From IMG/VR virus record IMGVR_UViG_3300040801_003693, positions 32,001-96,000 of that record: a stretch of DNA of 64,000 nucleotides; one strand, given 5' to 3'. The position numbers and the translations under genes were made by a program. Positions 18,793-29,200 of the stretch are shown one piece after another. Below the pieces are notes generated by a model, which searched no databases, was not told the origin of the DNA, and saw only the letters and a list, made by a program, of their open reading frames with translations. The stretch's first letter is position 1; every line of letters starts with the position of its first letter. Source of the stretch: a virus.

Positions 18793-19161
18793 TTAAGCTG
18801 CTAATAGCTGATTGACTTTATCGAAGAATGTATAATTAAGCTCTACAAAATCTTTTGATAAGATATTATAAAACTTAACTAAACATTGATACTGTTCTCT
18901 ACTTAACTGTTCAGTTCCCTTAGAGATTTCTGAATAGTTAATAGCAGCAGTATCGTAGTCGAAAACAAATCCTTGTTCCACCATTGCGACTATACCTTCC
19001 TCCGGATAAGACACACCCAAGTCCGTTAGGACATGAACGTAATCGTGCATCCGAAAGAATTCACAGTCTGGTAAATCCAGATTATTCTTTTCCAACCACT
19101 TCAAATAAGCATCAACATAACCCTGTGGGTCGTTAGCTAAATGAAATTTAGTATTTAACAT
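18793..19161 (-). CDS. Coq4-like HDxxH-x11-E protein (family A)
   Basis: HDYVH-VLTDLGVSYPE-E. Confidence 0.65.
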   Translation of the reverse strand: MLNTKFHLANDPQGYVDAYLKWLEKNNLDLPDCEFFRMHDYVHVLTDLGVSYPEEGIVAMVEQGFVFDYDTAAINYSEISKGTEQLSREQYQCLVKFYNILSKDFVELNYTFFDKVNQLLAA

Positions 19162-19225
19162 TGTTCTTGAATATAAACATCAAGAAAAAAGGGCAGCATT
19201 TCTACTACCCTTGTATACACAGTTC

Positions 19226-19873
19226 TTAATAATTGCATTCGCTAATATCTGGGGCTGTGCATGAATCCCAATAAACAGTATCTTCTACTGTAATATTGGG
19301 AGAAAAAGAACTAGTTTGAAGAAGGATCATAGCAACCAATCCAAAAAACCTAAACCGATTCAGATTAAATGGATATGCTCGAACAGAATTCCACGAAGTT
19401 ACCCTCGTGAAATTTGGTTGCTTGATTTGATAAACATTGTATCGACAATTAGGTTGCCTGTTACGTTGTTCTACCAAGCATTGCATTATCTGCAATACTA
19501 AATATGGATAGCTTTCTAAAGCTACAGCAGCATACTCTAATGCAGAGTATCTGTTGTCCCATATTTTCTTCAATTTTGAGATAGAAGGTTTTGCTATTCC
19601 CATTCTTTCGAGCAGGATATCAGCTTCTGCCACCGTCGCCAAACACCCGTATGCTTGAATCAAGTGAACACACTCATGCGTAAAAATCGTAATCCTTTCT
19701 TGAGGAGCGAGATTTTCGTAATCATAGATTACAATTTTTTTATAAAATGCATTATAAATTCCTGACGTTCCCTCACGCTTCCCTTCATATAGCAATTTAT
19801 GACCAAAATCATCCACGATAACTTTTGCAAAAGTTTCTTCTAATCTTTTTAATTCTTTAATTGATACGCTCAT
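19226..19873 (-). CDS. HExxH zincin-like (IrrE/ImmA/SprT-type) metallopeptidase with hydrophobic C-terminal segment
   Basis: GIYN...KIVI...FTHECVHLIQ...LEYAA. Confidence 0.65.
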   Translation of the reverse strand: MSVSIKELKRLEETFAKVIVDDFGHKLLYEGKREGTSGIYNAFYKKIVIYDYENLAPQERITIFTHECVHLIQAYGCLATVAEADILLERMGIAKPSISKLKKIWDNRYSALEYAAVALESYPYLVLQIMQCLVEQRNRQPNCRYNVYQIKQPNFTRVTSWNSVRAYPFNLNRFRFFGLVAMILLQTSSFSPNITVEDTVYWDSCTAPDISECNY

Positions 19874-19943
19874 AGGATTTCTCCTTTGTTAATAAACAGC
19901 AACAAAGGAGAAAAAAAGGGCAGCATTACTGCCACCCTTAAAG

Positions 19944-20403
19944 TTATTCTCTTTCTAACTTAAACAAAAGCATTTGATATTCTACTCTAAACGAACTCTC
20001 CAAGTACTCTACCTGGCTAAGCTTATTTATCTTGGTTAGCCTATAGTTCATCATAGACATCAGTTGAGTCTTATCGTGAATAGATATCTCAGGACTGCTC
20101 ATGACACTATTAATGTCATAAATCTCAGCCCTCCAGGCTAATACTTGGTTCTCATTATTTGTTTTATCTGGATAGTTGAATCCTTGCGGATTCAAATTAT
20201 GCCGGAGAAAAGCAAACGAATGATGCCAAGCATTCTTAGCCTCTTCACTATTGTGTTCAACCTGGAAAACCAGGTTATCACCGGGAGCATTCATAGCTGA
20301 TGATATCGCTTGGTAGCGACATCTCTACTACTACTGGGTATCCCTCTACCATCACTGTGGTGGATAAGGACTTAGTGGGATTAATAAATACTAATGTAAA
20401 CAT
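19944..20403 (-). pseudogene. family D gene split by a 1-nt frameshift
   Basis: MFTLVFINP...DIISYECS continues as GDNLVFQVEH in another frame at TGCTCCCGGTGAT (about 20277-20289); paralogs read through (WDGDNLIF, WENNDLIVQIEH). Confidence 0.7.
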
Positions 20404-20556
20404 GAGGTTTCCCTTGTTCTTAAGTGCAATAAAAAAGGGACACTCAAGTTCAATTTGTATAAGTTTCTGTGCAGAAATCACGTCTGGGTGGGGGGTACCC
20501 ACACACAAATAAATTAGTTAAAATATCCGCAGCAACTTTTTTAAAATAGAAAGCTC

Positions 20557-20586
20557 TTGATTAATTTAGTAAACTGTAGCTATAGT
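20557..20586 (+). promoter_or_regulatory. sigma70-like promoter for the rightward operon
   Basis: TTGATT-18 nt-TATAGT, 23 nt before ATG 20610, at the strand switch point. Confidence 0.4.
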
Positions 20587-20609
20587 ATAAATAATAAATA
20601 TTATCTAAT

Positions 20610-21011
20610 ATGCAAGACTTTATAACCTACTCAGTTAATATGATTATTAAAATTGCTGAATACAAAAATCTCAAGGCAATTGATTTAATGATAGCTACTT
20701 TAGTAGAGGTAGCAGAAGATGATCTAATCGAAACTATATTAGCAGAAACTGCACAGTATCTTGAGAAAACAAATCCCAAATTGTGCAAGTGGTTTAAGAC
20801 TGAGATAGAACAATTATTTTATGGAGAAGAAGTAACAACTCCTCAAACAATTGAAGATTTGAAACATATACTTATAGATAGTAATTTTAAAGAAGGAGAG
20901 GATTTTATTATTAAAGAAGGATTAATTACAATGAATGATGAAGCGTTAATTCTAATCAATTCCAATTATGGATTGGAAAGTATAGAAGAACTTCTCTCTC
21001 CTAACCCCTAA
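20610..21011 (+). CDS. hypothetical protein
   Basis: 133-aa ORF, first gene of the + strand operon. Confidence 0.65.
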   Translation: MQDFITYSVNMIIKIAEYKNLKAIDLMIATLVEVAEDDLIETILAETAQYLEKTNPKLCKWFKTEIEQLFYGEEVTTPQTIEDLKHILIDSNFKEGEDFIIKEGLITMNDEALILINSNYGLESIEELLSPNP

Positions 21012-21025
21012 CCTCAAGCCTATAC

Positions 21026-21256
21026 ATGAAAAATATTGTTTACTTAATTCGTATTTTTATTTTAAAGCAGAATATAGATTGGGAAATAAATTTCAATCAG
21101 ATGTGTTTAAAGTTTACTAAAGAAGGAAGTTTAATAATTAAAGCCAAGAAAGTAATTATGGATTATGAAGAGGGATATTTTGGAATGTACCCTTTAGAAA
21201 AAAATATAGAATTAGAATTAAAAGAGGATAATAAATGCTTGGTTACGGAGCGGTGA
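21026..21256 (+). CDS. hypothetical protein
   Basis: 76 aa, overlaps the PAAR start. Confidence 0.5.
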   Translation: MKNIVYLIRIFILKQNIDWEINFNQMCLKFTKEGSLIIKAKKVIMDYEEGYFGMYPLEKNIELELKEDNKCLVTER

Positions 21257-21495
21257 GATTAGGAGATAAAGTTTTATCTATTTGCCTCAAACCTAGTGGT
21301 CCTTTTATTAAAGGGTCTTCTAGAACTTTTATAGACGCTAGACCTGCAATTAGATTAGGAGACTTATCTATACCAGGCATAGCAATTACAGGATCTTCTA
21401 AAACTTTGATTGATGGAAGACCTGCGGTGCGACAAATAGATAGAGTTTTTTGTGGGGTAATAATATCAGCTTCGAGTAAAACTTATATAGGTTAA
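21235..21495 (+). CDS. PAAR-repeat spike tip protein (T4 gp5.4-like)
   Basis: AVRLGD, RPAIRLGD, RPAVRQID repeats with GSSxTxIDG. Confidence 0.9.
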   Translation: MLGYGAVRLGDKVLSICLKPSGPFIKGSSRTFIDARPAIRLGDLSIPGIAITGSSKTLIDGRPAVRQIDRVFCGVIISASSKTYIG

Positions 21496-21499
21496 AAAT

Positions 21500-22336
21500 A
21501 TGTTTGATAATTCAATAATGGATTACAGTGTTTCAGATGTTCCGGAATTAACTAGTGCTGTTCTTGAAACTTATTATGAAGAATTAGAACAATATTGGGA
21601 AACAGGAGAACAATTAGCAGATGTTAATGGTAATCCTTATAGCAGAACATATACTATTTTAGAATTTATTCCGGATGAAGAAGTAGAGGTAATTAAAATA
21701 TTACTTCCTCAAAAGCGGGAAGAATATGATGATTTTGATTTTTATTATATTGTAAAGACTCATACTTATGAAACTATATACAGTTCTTCAATAGGTAACG
21801 TCTCTCCGGGGGAAGAGTTTCTTAGATGGAATAAAACTAAAAGTAAGTTAAGGAATGAATCTATTTGGACTCATAAGAAAGCTAAAACTTTAACTTATAG
21901 TAAACCTGGAGGTTTTTATTATCAAGGTCAAAGATTATTAGTTAATACCGGAAAATATATTGCTGCTTCTATAAAATCAACAATTGGAATAGAAGTTAAT
22001 TTTTTTAATCAGGATGAAGAAACAAGAATTCCGATTAAAAACTTAACGGACTTTTTTTTAAGTGGTAATTTAATTGAGATAGTTGTAGCGAGTAGTAATT
22101 CTATTACGCCCTTTAATTTAGAAATAACATTTTATGGGAAGAGGAAATGGTCTGCTTTATTACCAGGAGAACAAATATCTGAAGACATATTAATTCATCC
22201 AAATAATTTAGCTATTAAGGATAGATTGAAACCACCGGGGATGTCTTCTTTACCAGATAATTTTTGGAATAGTAAAGAATATCCGTTAAAATTTAAAAGA
22301 GATTTAACTTCAGGTAACGAAGCTAAATGGGTTTAG
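21500..22336 (+). CDS. hypothetical protein (possibly structural)
   Basis: 278 aa, directly after PAAR. Confidence 0.7.
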   Translation: MFDNSIMDYSVSDVPELTSAVLETYYEELEQYWETGEQLADVNGNPYSRTYTILEFIPDEEVEVIKILLPQKREEYDDFDFYYIVKTHTYETIYSSSIGNVSPGEEFLRWNKTKSKLRNESIWTHKKAKTLTYSKPGGFYYQGQRLLVNTGKYIAASIKSTIGIEVNFFNQDEETRIPIKNLTDFFLSGNLIEIVVASSNSITPFNLEITFYGKRKWSALLPGEQISEDILIHPNNLAIKDRLKPPGMSSLPDNFWNSKEYPLKFKRDLTSGNEAKWV

Positions 22337-22653
22337 AGATTAAGGAGTATTTGAATTTAGATTTAGACGAGAACACTTTTATTCTACCTAAGAATAAAAA
22401 CTTAAAAATAAGTATTAGTTACAATTATTATTTAGAGTATGTAAGACTTCAGAAGGAATTAAAATTAACATCCCCCGCTTTAATGGTGGAGTTAATAGAA
22501 AATTACAAAGTAAATCATCCTCATCATTTAAAAAACATGAGAAGAGGAATACTAGCTAGAATTAATAGAGGAGTAGGATATGAATATATTCTACAGTTAA
22601 AGTTATTATATTATGCCCTTGGACATTTTTTAAAAAGGATAAGAGTTATATAA
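22327..22653 (+). CDS. hypothetical protein
   Basis: coupled ORF in the operon. Confidence 0.6.
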   Translation: MGLEIKEYLNLDLDENTFILPKNKNLKISISYNYYLEYVRLQKELKLTSPALMVELIENYKVNHPHHLKNMRRGILARINRGVGYEYILQLKLLYYALGHFLKRIRVI

Positions 22654-22926
22654 ATGATATATTTATCGATTATTGATAATTTAAATTGTGAGGTATTGTC
22701 TACTGTAAATCCAATATTAGAGGAGTTGGATAATAGTAATATACAGTCAATAGAATTAGAAGAGTGGAAAGTGATATTAAAATTATTAGAAGAGGATGAA
22801 GAAACGAATAGAGAAACAGCAGCGGCGATTGTTTCTGATTTAATTAGAAACCAATTGGATAGATTTACCTGTGTAATTAATAATAGTGTTCCTTCAGATT
22901 TACCGGATGCATTCAATGAATATTAA
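22654..22926 (+). CDS. hypothetical protein
   Basis: coupled ORF in the operon. Confidence 0.6.
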   Translation: MIYLSIIDNLNCEVLSTVNPILEELDNSNIQSIELEEWKVILKLLEEDEETNRETAAAIVSDLIRNQLDRFTCVINNSVPSDLPDAFNEY

Positions 22927-23284
22927 TTTAGAGGATTATAAAATATCCTATGAGGTGACAGTATTGCCCAACGTATTATATGCAGAATTAGTAAATGCAA
23001 AAACTCCTTTAGTGTTTGATAGTTTTTATATTCCAGAAGAGTTAAAAAATTTTGCGCTTGAATGTAGATTTATTCTTTACGACAAAGATGGAGGATGTGT
23101 AGAGTTTTCTAACAACATTACTTTGGAACAGCAAATAGTTTACACGTTAAATTTAGTTCCATTAAAGATGATACATAAATTATGTTCTTCAGTTAAAAAT
23201 CAATATTCAAAAGAATATCCTGTAATTGCGGGGTCTGATTCAATAGCAGATTCTTCTACGCTATCTTCTAATGATTCAACATAA
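22916..23284 (+). CDS. hypothetical protein; 3' end overlaps the giant gene antisense
   Basis: ATG 22916 overlaps the previous gene's end. Confidence 0.55.
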   Translation: MNINLEDYKISYEVTVLPNVLYAELVNAKTPLVFDSFYIPEELKNFALECRFILYDKDGGCVEFSNNITLEQQIVYTLNLVPLKMIHKLCSSVKNQYSKEYPVIAGSDSIADSSTLSSNDST

Positions 23285-26200
23285 AGTGCTTGTTGAGTAG
23301 CACTACTGATTTCTTCATCTCCGGAGAAAGTAGAATAAGTAATATACTGAGTCATTCCATCTTCAGCGTACACTGCAACATCATCAACTGTATTCTGTTC
23401 ATCTGTTTGTCTTACTTCTCTAATATAATTTTCAGCGTGTTGTAAAGTAGTTTCTAATATAGAAGGTTGAGGGGAATCAACTATAAAGTTTTGTATTTGT
23501 TGACCAACCATCATTCCTAATATAGTAGATGCAATTGCACCAACTCCAGTGCTAATTATTCCTCTCATATTATTATATTTATCCATATCCAAAGACATCT
23601 TTGCCTGACCGAAAGGTGTCATTTTATTCATGAGTACATTACTAAAATATTCAGTACCGAACATACCGATAGCACTCATAGTCATTTCTCGTGCAGCTAA
23701 ACCTGCAATTGCCTTACCCGTATCACCATCACTATTAGCGATCGCCATTCTTGCTTTAAAAGCAGTACCGGATGCAACTTGAGCTACACCCCCAGCACCT
23801 TTGCTCATACCTTTGGTACCTAGCATATAAGATTTAACGTGCATAGCAGAACTAATAGAGTTACCCATTACCTGTTGGAATGCCTCTGGGTTAACTTCAC
23901 CAGAAGCCAGAGCCTGACCTGCCATAATAAGTGCGGGTAAGAAAACTAATTCAGCAGCGAGATCGGCGTTTCTTGTTCCGGCTAATTTACCAAAAGCAGA
24001 TTTAGAAGCTTTAGTATTTAGTCGAGGATTATGTCTTGTCGAATATCCTTGTTGAGATTCTTGAATAATTTGACGAGTTACTTCTTCCATTACATCTATA
24101 TCGGGGTCTGCAACACCTGCTGCTACTTTAGTTTGAATTTGTCTCTGAACTACATTTTTAGCTTCTTCTTGAGATAGTCCCATTGCAGTTAAATTCTTTA
24201 CCATACCTTCGGCAGTATAGGTTTTAGAAGGATTAAGATTATTAGTACCTTCATAGATTTTCATTACAGAGTTTGCCATTGCTCCAAACTGAGTAGAGTT
24301 TAATCTACTCATAATTAGTTCGCTTGAGCCTTCAGCAGATTGAATAAGCTGTTTGTAAAATTCCATTAGCTGCATTTTATCAGGGGCATTACTTAATCCT
24401 CCTTGCTCCATTAATTTTAAAAGTAATTCATCCGGTTGTAACTGATGGTTATTATCTTTACTTTTAAAAGTGGCTAACATAGAATTCATAAAATATGCCA
24501 TTGACTGAGGGGAAATCTTTCCTGCTGTTGCAAGCTGTACGTAAGCAGCACTTGTAGGGTCTTGAGAAATATCCATTGTAGAACTTTCCCCTTTAGAACC
24601 AGAACTCAGTTTACTTCTTACTTGATTGTAATTAGCAAACTCTACTAATTTCTCTCCTTTCTCCCCGGCAAAAGTTTCAATTGATTGCTTCATCTGAACG
24701 TACTGATGAGCGTGAAGCAATTTATCTTCTGTTGATATTTTACTGTAATGTTCTATTACATCTTTTCCTACTAAGCTTTTAAAACTTTCATAATATTCTT
24801 GCTGCTCGATGCTTAAGGTATCAAAGTAGTTTTTATCTCTAACAACTTCTTCCATACCTTGAACTAAATAATCTAATTTAGATTTTTCCTGTACCAATTC
24901 TGGACTATTTAAGTTCTTCATCAACATACTTTGCAAAGTTCTGCCTGTTGATTCTGCACTGTTCCAAGCTTTATTTTCTGCATCATAAGAAAGTTCTTGA
25001 CCTCTAGCTTTCTCAAATGCAAATGCTGTAGCTAAATTTAATAAATCTTGTTTAGTTTTATAAGATGCAACCAATGCCATTTTATTTACGTTCATTTCAT
25101 TGATTGGTTTATAATCAGAAGATACTGCGGTTTTAATACTAGTTGCAATTTCTCCTTGTTCATCTACAAATCCCAATCTTTTCATATAGTGTTTTTCTAC
25201 ATTGGAATCAGATATATTAATTTCAAATCTTCCCAAAACTTCTGCTTGAGCATTCTTATTCTTTTCATCTGTATATTCTGTCTTTAAAGTTTGTACTGTA
25301 TTAACTAATTTATCTAACTGCACTAAAGATTTTAATCCTGTACCAGGACCAAACTTACCTACAATTAAATCGATTATTCTTTCTCTATCTTCATCACTAT
25401 CTGCATTACGATAAGATTCAATGTCTTTATTAATTTCATTTAAAAATTCAACAGAATCTTTTGGCTTAATCGAATCTCGCATTAACTGATTTATAATTTG
25501 TAAGAATCCACCCATTTGCATAGAACGGGCACGTCCGGATTCAGCAGACTTCATCATATCAGTATAAGCATCCTCTCCCATATTTGCTTTTACCATATCT
25601 CCAATCTTCCCATCTGTATCGTTTTCCAATAAAAATGACAATGCTAAAAAAGGAGATTCAGTATATAACAAAGAAGCCATACTATTATACGTCTTGCCTA
25701 AAATCACAGAACCAGCTTGACCTAAAGTCTTGAGCATCATCTCCCACTGATCTGTATTTACTGCCGTACCCGCAGTACCTCTAGATTGATATTTAGATAA
25801 CTGTTCCCCAGCAGAAGTTGTAGAAAATATTCTTGTAACGTAGTCAGTAATACCTTCCTCTCCGGAGGAGACAGCCTGTTGTAAATCGGTTCTAATTTGC
25901 TCTCTATATTCAGGAGTAGATTCTAATAGTGATTTAGCAAAAGTGTTTTGTGGATCTTGTCCAATCAGCATTGTTTTAAATGCTTCATCATTCATTAAGG
26001 CTTCTTTATCTTGAGCAATACTAGTTACTGCTTGATGTAAAGGACGAATGTTATTAATAACATCTTCCATCCCTCCAAATAATCCTCTACCTTGCTCAAT
26101 TAAAGTAAACAGTGTTCCAGTATCCATACCTCCTAAAATCTTCTCATCTACTTTAAGATAATTGGAAACGTACTTGACGCTAGCCTTTCTCATCTCTTGC

Positions 26201-29200
26201 ATTGATGTAGATTTATTAGCTAGCTCTACTGAATGCTTTAAGTCATCTCTTTGCTGTACTAATCTAGAAATTTTAGTATCGGTCTTTTCTAATTCAGCTT
26301 GCATTATAGCTAGCTTTTCTGGATCTGTAGTTTGGGGTAGTCTCTGTTCTATTTTAGATTTACTTATTTCGTAGCGAGCAATTAATTGATTTGTTTGCTC
26401 TACTCTCAACTCAGTAGTTTTCATGTTACTAATAATTGCAGATACCGAGTCCCCATCAAAGTCTCCTCCTTGAGATTGATAAGGTCCTATTGGATTAATC
26501 ATTCCTAATGTCTGGTTTCTTTTACCAGAGAATCTAATTGATACCCCCATCTCTTCTAAAGAATTATCTAAATCTTCTAAATTAAAAACATTGTATTGAG
26601 TAAGTTTATTAATCTCAAAGTTTCCTAAAGGAGGAGATCTCCACATTTGAGTCTGTGATAAGTTTAAATTAGTAAAAGTATGAGTAATTAATGATTCTAA
26701 TCTTTGATTAATAGTTTTTAAATCTATCGGAGTAGCACTAGGGTTTAAATCTGTTTCTAACTGTGATACTCTACTATTAAACTTTTCAATATGAGAATTC
26801 ATTTGACTCTTCTTAAAAAAGTCTCCGTAATCTGCTTCTAATCTTTCTACATAATCTGATACTATCTTCTTAGTACTAGCAATTTTTGATTGAATAGTAT
26901 TCGCATCAATGTTAACTCTGTCTTGATGCATTTGATTTAAAAGCTTTGTAGTACCTTTTCTTAACTCCCCTTCTAGAGAACTAACTCTAAGTTTGGGAAC
27001 AAATGTATTACTACTTCCTAATTGCAATCCTTCTATTACAGTAGGAGTTTGTCTAAAATATCTTTCTTGAGAAGTAATATTTTTTAAAGTCTTTTTACTT
27101 AATACTTCATCTTTATTATTTCTAAATATAAACTCCTTCCCTGGAGAATTCATACTATTAACAGCCATGCTTTGCAACAAATGCATTTCGGATACTGCTG
27201 TTAGTCTTACATAGTAATCACCCTCTGCACTGTTAGCATTCCTTTTTAAACCTTGATAGTATTCAATTCTTTGTTCAATATCAGAAGCAATTTTCATTAA
27301 ATCAGAATCGTTTTCCGCACTTTGTATTCTAGATACTAAATGTTTTGATTCACTGACTAAAGTATTTAAATCGTAAGTACCTACTGGAGAAATACCTTGG
27401 TGTAACATTTTATATTGAGATTCAATCAACTTTCTTTCTGTTGAAATCCTACCTTTACGTCTTATTAAATTCTTACGTTGAGCTTCCAACTCTGGACTAA
27501 TTGAATTACCTCTAGCTAATCTTTCAACAGTTGATTCAGGAGTTTCTCCCACTGTTTTATTTGGACTTATATCTTCTAATTGTTTTGCAATGTTGTTTAG
27601 ATTCTTATCTACTTTTTTAATTCTTTTATCTAGTACTGCGATCGCCTTTAATCTATCTTCCGCTGCGGCTCCTCCAAACTTATTGAACAAAGCTTCGGGA
27701 CCAATTAGTGCTTTTTCTGGAACAAACAAAGAGGCAGCGGCTGTAAAAGTACTACCATCTAATCCTACTCTGGCACCAAATTGAGTTTGGAATCTAGAAT
27801 TAATTAATTCTGATTGAACTTCAATTGGAAAGTTAAGTGCTGTTTCTTGAAATGTTTCAATCTTCTTAGCCATATCTGAAGCAATCTCAAACTCTCCCGT
27901 TTCACTATCACTTAAATAAATTTTGTCTAATACTTGGTCTACATCACTACGAGCAGCTAATCCTTCCCACAATACTAATTGAGACTTAACTGTTTCTGCT
28001 ACAAATTCTCCATATTGATCCCCTAACACTTTAAGGTCATCAGGAGCTAGCGTAAAACTAGTAATAGTTCTCTTCTTATCAAACTTTACTTTATTACCTT
28101 CTACTACTAAATGCGGAAAAGAAAACGCCATGCGACTAGCACCAGTTACCTGCATTCCTTTAATTACCGCCTGGGAGTGAGATATATCTCCTAACTTGTT
28201 TTCTAACAATTTATACTGGGTAGAAATGTCTTCTAATTCACCCATTGTAGTTGAGAGTCCGATACTAACTGTAGCTTGTATTTGTCCTAACGTTGCTCCA
28301 CTTTTAATCTGAGTTATTAAAGACTTTGCATATTCACTATCTCTTGCAGCTATTAAAGATTTGTTTTTAGTATCTCCTTCTAATATTGTCAGCAGCATTT
28401 CTTTTTCTGAAGAGGAATATCTAAACCCAGCAGCAGAAGTAATCTCTTTTAATGTAGAGAATAAAGAGTACTTTCCTTTATATACTTTAAAATCTTGAGC
28501 AGTAATTACACCACTATCATAAAATCCGATAAACTGACTTTTAAAATAAGAACTTCTAGCAGTACTGCTAATTAAATCTACTGCTTCTAAATTATTAGTT
28601 GCAGCAATAAATTGAGTTTGAGAACCACCATATATAGAGCCAAGTACACTAGACAATACATTTCTTAATGCAGGTACGTTTCCTTTACTTAATGCTCCCG
28701 CTTGCGTACTGTATTCCTCTCCTACTAAATGTTGTGCTTCTAAATAAGCTTTGTTTCTAGAAGACATTGATACTTTAGATTGAGAACCAGCAGTAGAAGA
28801 AAACATACCTACTACTCTAGAATAATTAGCAATTCTATTTAAAATAGAACGAGCTTCTTTTCTCTTCTCTTCATTATCTAAATTATTTATATCTTCCCCG
28901 GCGATAAAAGCTAATTTGTTTAAAGTTACATCATCATCTAAGTTAGCTGCTTCAACTGCAATCTGGTCGGCTCCCATTAACTGTAAGGTTAAATCTATTC
29001 CTCCAGCAAGCATTCCTAATTCTCTACCACGACCAGAACTATCTAAATTTAAATAGCCATTTTTGATTATGTCTCCAGTAGGGTCACTGAGTAAATTACT
29101 GACTTTAGATTTTAATCTAACATCTGCTCCTCTTACTCCCGCTAAAGTATCGGCAATATCCTGCATTGATATGTAACCTAAAGTGCGAATGTTAATGTCA

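Larger units (their letters stand above)
3865..20445 (-). repeat. dispersed intergenic double-hairpin element, about 24 copies, each directly upstream of an ATG
   Basis: + strand form: CAT-n-TTTTC(C)TTG(A)-loop-(T)CAAGAAAAAAGGG-loop-CCC; examples 16352-16404, 16830-16886, 17442-17488, 18245-18294, 19162-19212. Confidence 0.9.

Noticed and set aside
3865-20445. Classical integron attC array
   Set aside because: No consistent RYYYAAC...GTTRRRY core sites and no integron integrase in the window; only the analogy is retained.
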